Notes under the pieces: generated by a model
What the model was told of the DNA's origin: nothing
Seen by the model: only the letters and a program-made list of their open reading frames with translations
Database searches by the model: none
DNA from: a virus
Reading direction: 5' to 3' (one strand)
Length of the DNA: 52,990 nt
IMG/VR virus record: IMGVR_UViG_3300045988_126024
Translations under genes and position numbers: made by a program
Part shown: in pieces, positions 1 through 7,831 of the stretch
How positions within the stretch are numbered: the stretch's first letter is position 1
Layout: each line of letters opens with the position of its first letter

Positions 1-99
1 ACTTTTTTTAGGTATTTTGACGCAACATAAAAATACTCGCTGCCGACTTTGATTTTTGCCCATTTGTAGCCGTCTGCCGTCTTGCTATATCCTTTGACG
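1..99. repeat. Terminal direct repeat copy 1 (identical to 52892..52990); circular-closure overlap
   Basis: Bases 1-99 read identically to 52892-52990. The M23 peptidase ORF is continuous across the junction. Confidence 0.9.
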
Positions 100-650
100 A
101 CATTTACAATCATGCCATTTACAAGCACGCCTACAGTGTTGTTTGACTTAATCGCTGGCGTTCTGCGGCATTTCAGCCCGTTTTTCGTTGCAACTTTGTA
201 TTTGATTAGTTCAACGGTCTTTTTCTTTTGTTTACTTTTATAGTTGTTGAAGTTGATATATAAAGACGGTCTAAGCAGTTTGGTGTTGTAATGCCAAATA
301 TTCGCTTTTTCAACTTCAATATGTAAATGCGCTCCGTAACTATTGCCCGTGTTGCCCATAGTGCCGACCTTATCCCCTGCGGTTACTTTTGCGCCAACCT
401 TTAGCGGGCTTCTTGACTTCATGTGAGCCATAAGCACAACATACTTTCTGTCGCTCGTCCTGATAACAACAAAGTTTCCGTAACTCTTGTCGTATTCATT
501 GCGCAGAACAGTACCGCTAACGGGTGATACAAGGGCAGCCGATTTGTCGCATACCCAGTCCTCGCCTGTGTGGTAGCCTGCCGCCCAACTGCCCTTTTTC
601 TTAAAGGGTGTAGTTTTTCTTGCCTTTTCTGTAAATGGTGAACGATACAT
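1..650 (-). CDS. M23/LytM-family peptidoglycan peptidase with C-terminal SH3b-like domain (partial here; last codon plus stop lie at 52888..52893 across the junction)
   Basis: ATG at 650-648 follows AGGAG. Translation MYRSPFTEK...GYHTGEDW...GNTGNSYGAHLHIEV carries the M23 HxxxD and HxH metal motifs, followed by an SH3-like tail KYKVATKNGLKCRRTP...GYKWAKIKV. Confidence 0.8.
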   Translation of the reverse strand, partial: MYRSPFTEKARKTTPFKKKGSWAAGYHTGEDWVCDKSAALVSPVSGTVLRNEYDKSYGNFVVIRTSDRKYVVLMAHMKSRSPLKVGAKVTAGDKVGTMGNTGNSYGAHLHIEVEKANIWHYNTKLLRPSLYINFNNYKSKQKKKTVELIKYKVATKNGLKCRRTPAIKSNNTVGVLVNGMIVNVVKGYSKTADGYKWAKIKVGSEYFYVASKYLKK

Positions 651-683
651 AATAATTACTCCTAATGTTGCATAAAAACACAA

Positions 684-705
684 AAACCGCCCTAATGGAC
701 GGCTT
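684..705 (-). terminator. Intrinsic-terminator-like hairpin in the leader upstream of the M23/TerS genes
   Basis: Minus-sense AAGCCGTCC-ATTA-GGGCGGTTT followed by a T-run. The stem needs G-U pairs, so it forms only in the minus-strand RNA. Confidence 0.45.
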
Positions 706-869
706 CTGCGTTAAAGAAAGGTAAAAATCAGCGTAAAATACATTTATGCGATTTAGGAATTATTCAGTTGAGTAGTTCAGAGACCGACACCCTCACCGCA
801 TAAAAGTATTTCACAATATTATTTTATATAAATGGTGACTTTTTTTCAATCGACATTTCTTACAATATT

Positions 870-1307
870 TTACGCCGTTTTCTCGTTCCGTTTGTTTAAT
901 TTGCACAAAACAGTACGGTGAATGCGGTATGTTTTGTTTTCATTCCACTTCTGCCCTGTGTAATCGTGCATTTTCTTTGTTACTGTTTTCCATGAAAGAC
1001 CGTAATAGTAGCGGTAACTCAATAACTGACGCTGCACCTTGCTTATATGTGCATTGTCGCAAGCACTTTCAACTTCGTTCCACTTTTCGCACAGTTCGTT
1101 GACTAAGTTTTTTCGTTTTTGTTCTAACTTGCCCTTTTTAGTTATGAGTTTGTCAATAATGCTTTCGCCATTACCTCCGCCACCTCTCGGCATACCTGAT
1201 AAGTCTTGACACTTCGGCGTGTATAGCATTGCCTTTATTTCTTCCATGCTTTCGTCAACTTCACGAATTCTACAGCGTAGTTCCAAGCATTCTTTTAGTT
1301 GTTTCAC
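870..1307 (-). CDS. Putative late-gene transcriptional regulator (ArpU/RinA-like, sigma-70 region-4-like HTH)
   Basis: GTG at 1307 follows AAGGGG. Contains LSGMPRGGGG...QRQLLSYRYYYGLSWKTVTKKM. It is the last gene before the packaging genes, the usual slot for such regulators. Confidence 0.45.
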   Translation of the reverse strand: MKQLKECLELRCRIREVDESMEEIKAMLYTPKCQDLSGMPRGGGGNGESIIDKLITKKGKLEQKRKNLVNELCEKWNEVESACDNAHISKVQRQLLSYRYYYGLSWKTVTKKMHDYTGQKWNENKTYRIHRTVLCKLNKRNEKTA

Positions 1308-1324
1308 AATGCAGCACCCCTTGA

Positions 1325-1429
1325 TTATCTGTTGTTTTGATATGATACATAAATGCAATAAACCAAAAAGATAACCGCTTCAACAAAAAGCGTAACGGCA
1401 ATGCCTGCCACAAAAGGATTGATATACAT
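1325..1429 (-). CDS. Small hydrophobic ORF (34 aa, one TM segment)
   Basis: ATG overlaps the upstream stop (TAATG). Translation MYINPFVAGIAVTLFVEAVIFLVYCIYVSYQNNR. Not in the ORF track because it is under 60 aa. Confidence 0.3.
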   Translation of the reverse strand: MYINPFVAGIAVTLFVEAVIFLVYCIYVSYQNNR

Positions 1430-1707
1430 TACTCTTTCCCCCTTTCATTCAGTTTCTTAGTCAGCGTTTCTATTTGCCGCTCGTAGTTCTCCGCTGCCGT
1501 GTTGTACTTTGCTTTCCAGTCGTCGTTCAGTTCGTTGTAGGCTTCTTTCCAGTCGTCATTTTGTTTGTCTGCTAAATCAATAAGATTTTTCCAGTCCCGC
1601 TCAAATGTTTTCAATCCGTCGTCCTTGCCGTTTTGATAACCAAGTCTGTAAAACAGCCAACAACAAATAAGTACAAGGCTCAAAAAGAAAATTGTGTAGC
1701 CTATCAT
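1429..1707 (-). CDS. Hypothetical membrane-anchored coiled-coil protein
   Basis: Has an N-terminal TM segment (IFFLSLVLICCWLFY) and a repeated DDWK motif. Its start overlaps the rusA stop. Confidence 0.5.
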   Translation of the reverse strand: MIGYTIFFLSLVLICCWLFYRLGYQNGKDDGLKTFERDWKNLIDLADKQNDDWKEAYNELNDDWKAKYNTAAENYERQIETLTKKLNERGKE

Positions 1708-2054
1708 TCTTGCACCTCCGTTAGTCTGACAACCACAAAATCTCTTGTGTCTTTTATGAATTTGTCAGTAAATCCCTTTATGTATTTCTGATTGTCGTTA
1801 ATGATAATTCCCTGTTTCTGCATAGCGTCCAAAATGTACTTTTTGGCACTCGCTATGTTATCGCAGTCACGCTTTGCAGTCCGTTCATGCCATACAAATT
1901 CAACCGTACACGGCTTGCAAGTGGGCTTTACCGTTCCTTTTGCCTTTGCTTCGATAATCGCCCAGCCTATTAGTTCGTCAATGTCAGACTTGAATTTAGC
2001 GCCTGCATACTTGTTGCCCCTGCATTTGCTTATGTACTCATTCAGGGACGGCAA
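1704..2054 (-). CDS. rusA: RusA-family Holliday-junction resolvase
   Basis: 116 aa with RDCDNIASAKKYILDAMQKQGIIINDNQ, matching the RusA D-x-DN...K...D...DD pattern. Sits in the recombination-module context. Confidence 0.65.
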   Translation of the reverse strand: MPSLNEYISKCRGNKYAGAKFKSDIDELIGWAIIEAKAKGTVKPTCKPCTVEFVWHERTAKRDCDNIASAKKYILDAMQKQGIIINDNQKYIKGFTDKFIKDTRDFVVVRLTEVQE

Positions 2055-2077
2055 CTTTGCATTGATAATAAATCCGT

Positions 2078-2290
2078 TTATGACACATCACCCCTATTTT
2101 TGTTTCGTTTTGACGCATACTTTTGATAACTAAGCGTCTTTTTGCGTTTGATAATGCCGCTCCACTTGACCTTTGGCAATTTTTCTTTTGCGGTCATTAC
2201 ATTAGGACAATTTCCCGCTTTGTGGCAATAATATTTACCCTCGCCGCAATACACCCGCCAAATGCACCGCTTTTTCTTGCAAATCAACAT
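2078..2290 (-). CDS. Hypothetical Cys-rich small protein
   Basis: Complete ORF co-oriented with its neighbours. Cys-rich (CKKKRC, CGEGKYYCHKAGNC). Confidence 0.4.
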   Translation of the reverse strand: MLICKKKRCIWRVYCGEGKYYCHKAGNCPNVMTAKEKLPKVKWSGIIKRKKTLSYQKYASKRNKNRGDVS

Positions 2291-2294
2291 ATTT

Positions 2295-2507
2295 TTACAT
2301 ATCCTTTGCTATTACTTGCGATAAGCCGACTATCATAATGCTGTTTGCTGCCATATCTTTTATTTCTGCCTGATAAAAGCACTTTTTCGTTTCCGTGTCC
2401 TTACGCAATGTGCAGCCAGTCAAATAATAGTCTTTCTGCTCGCTTTCCTTAGTAGGTTGATAGATAACAACTTTGTTTAAGTTCTTCTTTACCTCTGATA
2501 TATCCAT
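2295..2507 (-). CDS. Hypothetical protein
   Basis: Complete ORF whose start abuts the dut stop (ATG overlap at 2507). Confidence 0.45.
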   Translation of the reverse strand: MDISEVKKNLNKVVIYQPTKESEQKDYYLTGCTLRKDTETKKCFYQAEIKDMAANSIMIVGLSQVIAKDM

Positions 2508-2917
2508 TATCGCCCTGTGCTTCCAAAGCCGCCGTTGCCCCGCTCTGTTTCCTTGAATTCGTCAACAACATTGAGTTCAGGAATATCAATCTTCATAACT
2601 ACAAGTTGAGTGATTTTGTCGCCCCTCTTAATCTCATAGTCCATATTAGAGTGATTATACAGTTTACAAACGATACTGCCTGTGTATGCAACATCAATAA
2701 CGCCCTCGCTTGTAATGCCGTACTTAACATTCAGTCCGCTTTTGGACTTCAAAAAGCCTGCGGTGTTTGGTGGTAATTCAATGTGTACGCCTGTATCAAT
2801 GCTGATACTGCCCTTTGCAGGAACAACCGTATCAATCGGTGATAACAAGTCAAGTCCTGCGTCTGTTGCGTGTCCTCTTTTCGGCATTAAAGCCGTGCTG
2901 TCTAACATAATGTTCAT
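2507..2917 (-). CDS. dut: dUTP diphosphatase (trimeric dUTPase)
   Basis: Contains the dUTPase motifs GHATDAGLDL, GVIDVAYTG and RGNGGFGSTGR. Confidence 0.85.
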   Translation of the reverse strand: MNIMLDSTALMPKRGHATDAGLDLLSPIDTVVPAKGSISIDTGVHIELPPNTAGFLKSKSGLNVKYGITSEGVIDVAYTGSIVCKLYNHSNMDYEIKRGDKITQLVVMKIDIPELNVVDEFKETERGNGGFGSTGR

Positions 2918-2924
2918 ATTTTTT

Positions 2925-3434
2925 TTACTCCTTTTTGTTCATATCTTTGTGCCTTTTTTTATGGCACTTTTTGCATAAGGTTATTAAGTTTTGCTGTTCA
3001 TCACCGCCACCCTTTGAAACAGGCAAAATATGATGTACTTCGAGTTGTCCGTCGTCAATAGGTACAGGCATATCAAAATTGTTTATAAGTGCGTGAAATT
3101 CGCCACAATCTTGACAAGTGAAATTATCACGATAAAGAATACGCAAAGAGTATGCGTCACGCCCTCTGTTCCATACAGTAGCGTTGTTATATTCTTCTCT
3201 GCAAGTATCACAACAAAACCTACGGCGTTTATTATCTACTGCCTTGCCACACCACGGACATTGATTTTCTTTTTCATATTCAGGTTTGTCAAAATATACA
3301 TTTTCAGCACCGTACATTCTAACCGCTTCATATAAAGCAGGAAAAGGTCGGCGTGTTCCGTGCAATTCCCAATATTTCTTAAAATGGTGCATAGCCGTTG
3401 TTTCTTTTTCTCTCTTTACTTGATAATTCGTCAA
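2925..3434 (-). CDS. HNH endonuclease with zinc-ribbon N-domain
   Basis: Contains CPWCG...RFCCDTCREEY...LEVHHILPVSKGGGDEQQNLITLCKKCHKKRH. The start is uncertain: TTG at 3434 or ATG at 3392. Confidence 0.8.
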   Translation of the reverse strand: MTNYQVKREKETTAMHHFKKYWELHGTRRPFPALYEAVRMYGAENVYFDKPEYEKENQCPWCGKAVDNKRRRFCCDTCREEYNNATVWNRGRDAYSLRILYRDNFTCQDCGEFHALINNFDMPVPIDDGQLEVHHILPVSKGGGDEQQNLITLCKKCHKKRHKDMNKKE

Positions 3435-3531
3435 GCAATATTCTTGCTTTCCTAAAGAGCGGTTTATTATCTGTGAAAAATGTTATTTCGTAACCCTCTT
3501 TTGTCCGCTGTTCACTGATTTTAATCGTCAT
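3379..3531 (-). CDS. Possible small ORF (50 aa)
   Basis: ATG at 3531 lies inside the end of the upstream gene. Translation MTIKISEQRTKEGYEITFFTDNKPLF... It overlaps the annotated HNH N-terminus, so only one of the two start models can be right. Confidence 0.3.
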   Translation of the reverse strand: MTIKISEQRTKEGYEITFFTDNKPLFRKARILLDELSSKERKRNNGYAPF

Positions 3532-3856
3532 TGTTTGTCACCTCGTCCATTTTGCAGCCGCAATGTGGACAATATTCATATTCATTCTCTTTAGGACTTC
3601 CGCTAATAAGCACAAATTCTTCTTTGCAATTTGAGCACTGGAATATATTATTCTCTTCATCAAAATAAGAAGGTTGTTCCCAATGAGCGTGTCGCACTGT
3701 GTCTACTTTCGGTTGTTTAATAATCAAATTATAATAATAACTGTTACAGTCATTCCAACCCTTATGTCTTGCACTCTGGATTTCATCTTCCATTTGTGGA
3801 TTAAAATATTCTGGTCTATTATTTAATAATTCTTTTCTATCAATTAAATCAGCCAT
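3521..3856 (-). CDS. Hypothetical zinc-ribbon protein
   Basis: Complete ORF with CSNCKEEF...CPHCGC Cys pairs. Confidence 0.5.
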   Translation of the reverse strand: MADLIDRKELLNNRPEYFNPQMEDEIQSARHKGWNDCNSYYYNLIIKQPKVDTVRHAHWEQPSYFDEENNIFQCSNCKEEFVLISGSPKENEYEYCPHCGCKMDEVTNNDD

Positions 3857-3860
3857 TATA

Positions 3861-4151
3861 CTAACTCCAATCTAAAGCCTGTCCGCACGCATAACACCAA
3901 TCATATCTCTCGCCTAAAAACTTTTCGCAGCGAGGGCAACTATAAAACCTTTCAAATACTGTCCGAATGTCGTAGCCTGCTTTCTTTTCTACAAATTCTA
4001 CTTTGTAAGATGTCGGCTTTTTTGGTATCTGTTTTTCAATCGCCTTATGGATTACTTCTCTGCACTCAATAAGCACTTCTTTCGATATTGACTTTCCTTT
4101 ATAAACAAAAGAAAAATCGTCCACAAGTGCATTTGCTTCTTGATATGTCAT
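3861..4151 (-). CDS. Hypothetical zinc-ribbon protein
   Basis: Complete ORF with CPRCEKF...CYACGQ Cys pairs. Confidence 0.5.
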   Translation of the reverse strand: MTYQEANALVDDFSFVYKGKSISKEVLIECREVIHKAIEKQIPKKPTSYKVEFVEKKAGYDIRTVFERFYSCPRCEKFLGERYDWCYACGQALDWS

Positions 4152-4513
4152 TCTTTCACCTCAATTAAAATGTATTTGCCGTCTTTTGTTTTGTAAGGCT
4201 CATTTTCATCTCGAAATTTCGGATAATTACAGTAAAGCAAGCCTCTGTGATATTCGCAGTCTTTACACACAGTCGTTTTATTGGCACAATGTTCGCGAAT
4301 GGTCATAGCCCTGAACTTACGCTTTTTCTTGCTCGTGTTTTCGTGTTCATCATATCTTTTCTTTATAAATTCTTCGACTTCATCAAAGTTTTCTTGCATT
4401 AACTGATTTTCTAACCATTCACAACTATAACTTGGAATACCCATTCCATTAAATGAAAATTGCAAATTTTCCGCAATCAATTTCACAAAATATCTTGCTA
4501 ATTCTTTATTCAT
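4148..4513 (-). CDS. Hypothetical protein
   Basis: Complete ORF with a 4-nt overlap onto the next gene. Confidence 0.5.
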   Translation of the reverse strand: MNKELARYFVKLIAENLQFSFNGMGIPSYSCEWLENQLMQENFDEVEEFIKKRYDEHENTSKKKRKFRAMTIREHCANKTTVCKDCEYHRGLLYCNYPKFRDENEPYKTKDGKYILIEVKE

Positions 4514-4519
4514 TTCCGT

Positions 4520-4729
4520 TCAACTCCTATTTAATGCTTCAAGACAATTTGAAACGCAAAAATCATCTTTTATAAACTGTCCATTACTATTCGGTCTTTT
4601 GTACTGCCCTGACAATCGGCAATAATAAACAATTTTATTTTCCATGTTTCTATCTCTCATTAGGTATGGACAATTTGTACAATAAAAACCACTCGGAACA
4701 TTGATTTCTTTTCTATATAGAATTTTCAT
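4520..4729 (-). CDS. Hypothetical Cys-rich protein
   Basis: Complete ORF containing CTNCPY...YYCRL...C. Confidence 0.45.
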   Translation of the reverse strand: MKILYRKEINVPSGFYCTNCPYLMRDRNMENKIVYYCRLSGQYKRPNSNGQFIKDDFCVSNCLEALNRS

Positions 4730-5072
4730 TGTTTAACTCCTTTAACTTTTCTTCTGCTTTCTCTTTTGTAAAAAAGACTACTTTGCCCAACATTAAGTCA
4801 ATTCGACTTTTGTATTTGAGTTTTCCAATAGAGGAAGAAATATACTCAATTTCAATCCACTCTTGCGGATTTGTGAAATAATTATATTCAACTATTGTTA
4901 CTGTTGCTTCGCATATTTCATTTGAACTTCTATGTAAAAACCACACTTTTTCCCCAACATTGAGTGTCGGTTCAATAATGCGTGATTTGTTCTTGAAGTT
5001 CTTGCAAAAAGTTAAAGCATCGTCACATTCAAAACCACACACATCACTGTGATAGCAATTTTCATATCTCAT
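4713..5072 (-). CDS. Hypothetical protein
   Basis: ORF 4713..5108. The preferred start is ATG 5072 (MRYENCYH), which has GGAG 9 nt upstream. Start uncertain. Confidence 0.45.
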   Translation of the reverse strand: MRYENCYHSDVCGFECDDALTFCKNFKNKSRIIEPTLNVGEKVWFLHRSSNEICEATVTIVEYNYFTNPQEWIEIEYISSSIGKLKYKSRIDLMLGKVVFFTKEKAEEKLKELNNENSI

Positions 5073-5229
5073 CTGAATACACTCCATAATTATCTTGTAC
5101 CCAAGCAAAAAACGGACTTACTTTTCGCATAGTCTTATGAAGTTCCCTACGCATTATCCTTTGTTGCTCTTTTTTGCCTATTCTTTGTTCAGGCGGTATG
5201 TATTTTTTTCTGTGTGTTCCTGCTTTCAT
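5062..5229 (-). CDS. Small basic ORF (55 aa)
   Basis: Hand-translated as MKAGTHRKKYIPPEQRIGKKEQQRIMRRELHK... It fills a gap not covered by the ORF track. Confidence 0.35.
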   Translation of the reverse strand: MKAGTHRKKYIPPEQRIGKKEQQRIMRRELHKTMRKVSPFFAWVQDNYGVYSDEI

Positions 5230-5232
5230 TTT

Positions 5233-5391
5233 TCATTTCCCCTCAAATGTTCCTATTGGTGCAAGCATAGCAATTTTATTCATCTGCAACGCAAGTTTCA
5301 CAAAATCGTCTTGTTCAATATGATATTTTTCTTTCATATCTGAAATAAGATTTTGCATATCTTCAAGTGATTGTTTAAATTCATTTTTCAT
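5233..5391 (-). CDS. Small ORF (52 aa)
   Basis: Hand-translated as MKNEFKQSLEDMQNLISDMKEKYHIEQDDF... The start overlaps the upstream stop (TAATG). Confidence 0.35.
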   Translation of the reverse strand: MKNEFKQSLEDMQNLISDMKEKYHIEQDDFVKLALQMNKIAMLAPIGTFEGK

Positions 5392-5528
5392 TAAAATTCA
5401 CCTCTCAATCGTTCAGGCGGCAATAACAGCCCCGCATTGTATCTTTGCACCATATCTAAGCAGCTTTCCCATTCGTGCTTTTGCGTCAAGCAGTAATGCA
5501 GCAACGGGCAGTTTTCACAACTTCTCAT
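5391..5528 (-). CDS. Small Cys-containing ORF (45 aa)
   Basis: Hand-translated as MRSCENCPLLHYCLTQKHEWESCLDMVQRY... AGGAGAAAGGAAA lies upstream. Confidence 0.35.
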   Translation of the reverse strand: MRSCENCPLLHYCLTQKHEWESCLDMVQRYNAGLLLPPERLRGEF

Positions 5529-5544
5529 ATAGTTTTCCTTTCTC

Positions 5545-5949
5545 CTATCCGTTCAAATACTTCTGTGTGCCGCCGTTCATCATTTCCGTTAGCGTCGGCT
5601 CTAAGTTCGTGTTTATTTTCATTCGCTTAGTTATTTCATATATTCGTTGATATTTTGCAATTTCTTCATCTTGCAACAATGCAGCGGTTGTCTTATCGCT
5701 AATCATATCGTAGGCTTCCCAGTGCAAATTACTGATTTTCTTTTTAACCTCACTTATTGCAGGTGGGAATTGACTTGTACTAATCAACTTGTTTAATGCC
5801 ATTAAAACAATATCGGCGGGCATATCGGCAAATTGCATAGTCCATACTGCAATCATTCCGTTTGCTTCATCTTTAGTCATTCCTTTATAGCTATTCGGAT
5901 ATGCTGCTTTAAGTATCGCCAACATCTTAATTGTTTCGTCTCGTGTCAT
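5545..5949 (-). CDS. Putative replicative-helicase loader (G39P-like N-terminal domain)
   Basis: Lies directly downstream of the replisome organizer. Contains MLAILKAAYPNSYKGMTKDEANGMIAVWTMQFADMP, resembling the loader-of-G40P family. Confidence 0.4.
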   Translation of the reverse strand: MTRDETIKMLAILKAAYPNSYKGMTKDEANGMIAVWTMQFADMPADIVLMALNKLISTSQFPPAISEVKKKISNLHWEAYDMISDKTTAALLQDEEIAKYQRIYEITKRMKINTNLEPTLTEMMNGGTQKYLNG

Positions 5950-5959
5950 TGTGTATCAC

Positions 5960-6820
5960 CTATAAAAGTCCGTTTTCTTTTGCAATATCAAGAAATACAT
6001 TGCCGCTTTGCTGTTGTTTGCTATAACCTTGCTGTGCTTCACTATGTGTGTTGTCGCTGTAATTGCCCTCTAAGACCTTTGCAAAATTTGCGTCCTTGAT
6101 AAGCCAATCAAAATTAGCGCTCCAATTTCTATTGTTTGCGCCTTTTAAGAATGCGCTTTGTTCCGCCATTTCAAACATTTGCTTAAACTGTTCAATGGAA
6201 TATGTATGCAATCTTGCTTTGATAGCCTTTTTACGGCTGTCAGACAATACGGTTAATCGGGGGAACGATATGCAAATATCGTTATACAAATCTTTGATTT
6301 GTTCATAATCTATATTCTTCCTCTTATCTTTATCTATATCTTTCTCTTTATCTTCTTCTAATCTTTCTCTGTCGGCGTTACATTGCATTACATCATCATT
6401 ACTGTAATCATTACATTTTTCTTGTAATGCAAGTTTCTTTTGCTTTTCTCTGTGTCTTGCTACCCTTTGCCTGTTCTTTTCTTTTGCCTGTTCCAACTTG
6501 TCTAAGTTTTGGTGCTTTTCCCAATTTGGAATAGTTATAGCACCGTCAACAATCTCAATCATTCCGTATTGCTCAAATACTTGTAGTGCAAGCCTTACGG
6601 TGTTAATAGGTCGTCTAAAAATCGTTGCCAGCATTTCATCAGTATATGCAATTCTTTCATTCAGCATAAAAACGCCTGAATTGTTTTGCTTTCCTGCCAT
6701 ACAAAGCAACTTAAACCAAATAACTATAATGCCGTCTGCTTCGGGCATATTTTCAATGAGCAATATTTTTTCGTCGTTAAATATGTCTGTACATATTTTT
6801 ATCCACTTAACTTCCGACAT
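5960..6820 (-). CDS. Phage replisome organizer / DnaD-domain replication initiation protein
   Basis: N-terminus MSEVKWIKICTDIFNDEKILLIENMPEADGIIVIWFKLLCMAGKQNNSGVF matches the replisome-organizer signature. The linker is acidic/basic and the C-terminus is DnaD-like. Confidence 0.65.
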   Translation of the reverse strand: MSEVKWIKICTDIFNDEKILLIENMPEADGIIVIWFKLLCMAGKQNNSGVFMLNERIAYTDEMLATIFRRPINTVRLALQVFEQYGMIEIVDGAITIPNWEKHQNLDKLEQAKEKNRQRVARHREKQKKLALQEKCNDYSNDDVMQCNADRERLEEDKEKDIDKDKRKNIDYEQIKDLYNDICISFPRLTVLSDSRKKAIKARLHTYSIEQFKQMFEMAEQSAFLKGANNRNWSANFDWLIKDANFAKVLEGNYSDNTHSEAQQGYSKQQQSGNVFLDIAKENGLL

Positions 6821-6823
6821 TGT

Positions 6824-7642
6824 TTACACCTCACTAAACTGTATTTGTTCCGTGTTTATATTTGCGGTACACGCTATATTCAAAGACTTTTCGGGATTTT
6901 CTCGGTAGTATTTCTGAATATAGTATTTTTCTCTTTCGAGGATATTTTCAGTTCTCGGTACAATCTCTATAACTTCAAACTTGTAATCTGTTATGTCTTT
7001 AATCGGAAACCTATTTGTTTTTAAGTGCTGCCCCCACCGAAACACGGGCGCATACATAGTTTGACCGATATAAAATTCACCCGTTGATTTTTTTGAAATT
7101 TTGTATATGTAGCCCGCTATATCCTCTGTGAACATATCTCTTTGAATGTAAAATTCTTGTTCATCATCAGGCTTTAATTTACGGCGTTCCCTCTCCGCAT
7201 ACGCTTGTTTGCACTTGCCACAACAAAAGCGTTTTTCTCCATATTCCTCTATGCCGTAAAAGTCGTGTCGCACTTCATAATCGGCAAAATATATTGCCTT
7301 GCCGTAATATGTCTCTACTGTCGCACCGCAATAATCGCAAGTAAAGGTAACTTTATTGAAATATCGCTCTGTTTTGTAGCAATGTTCCCCAATGATAATG
7401 CAGTACAAGTCACCTGCTTTTAACTTCTTTGAGTAGCGAAAAGCAATTTTTTCTCCGTACTGACTTTTAATTATCTCTTTGAATTGCTCTCTACTGTCGC
7501 ATATCAAGCAATCCATAAGCAGTTCAATATTTTCCGCTTTGCTTGTTGAAGAATACAGCCCAAAATCTAAGTCCTTTTCACGATTTTTTGCGGCTGTTTC
7601 TTCGTCTGCAACTTCGTATATTCTATAAATTATTTCAAGCAT
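6824..7642 (-). CDS. Free-standing GIY-YIG homing endonuclease (Zn-finger N-domain, GIY-YIG C-domain)
   Basis: Contains GYIYKISKKSTGEFYIGQTMYAPVFRWGQHLK...EREKYYIQKYY. The N-half has CDYCG...RFCCGKCKQAY. Confidence 0.75.
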   Translation of the reverse strand: MLEIIYRIYEVADEETAAKNREKDLDFGLYSSTSKAENIELLMDCLICDSREQFKEIIKSQYGEKIAFRYSKKLKAGDLYCIIIGEHCYKTERYFNKVTFTCDYCGATVETYYGKAIYFADYEVRHDFYGIEEYGEKRFCCGKCKQAYAERERRKLKPDDEQEFYIQRDMFTEDIAGYIYKISKKSTGEFYIGQTMYAPVFRWGQHLKTNRFPIKDITDYKFEVIEIVPRTENILEREKYYIQKYYRENPEKSLNIACTANINTEQIQFSEV

Positions 7643-7796
7643 ATAGTCTTACTCCAAAACAAAAGCGTACCGTTTGAAGTGTGTCGGCACTTTCAAACAA
7701 TACGCCTGTGTTGATACAATATTCTATTTTGTGTTGAACAATACCGACATATCGTACCAACAAGAATATTATACCAAAATAGTGATTATCTGTCAA
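7643..7796 (-). promoter_or_regulatory. Consensus promoter plus about 125-nt structured leader of the GIY-YIG gene
   Basis: Minus-sense TTGACA (7796-7791), 17 nt, TATAAT (7773-7768). The leader has a GTTTGAAAGTG/CACTTCAAAC hairpin whose loop CCGACA is complementary to upstream TGTCGG. GGAG SD. Confidence 0.55.
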
Positions 7797-7831
7797 TACA
7801 AATCCGCCGACTTTGCTAACAAAGTGACGCA

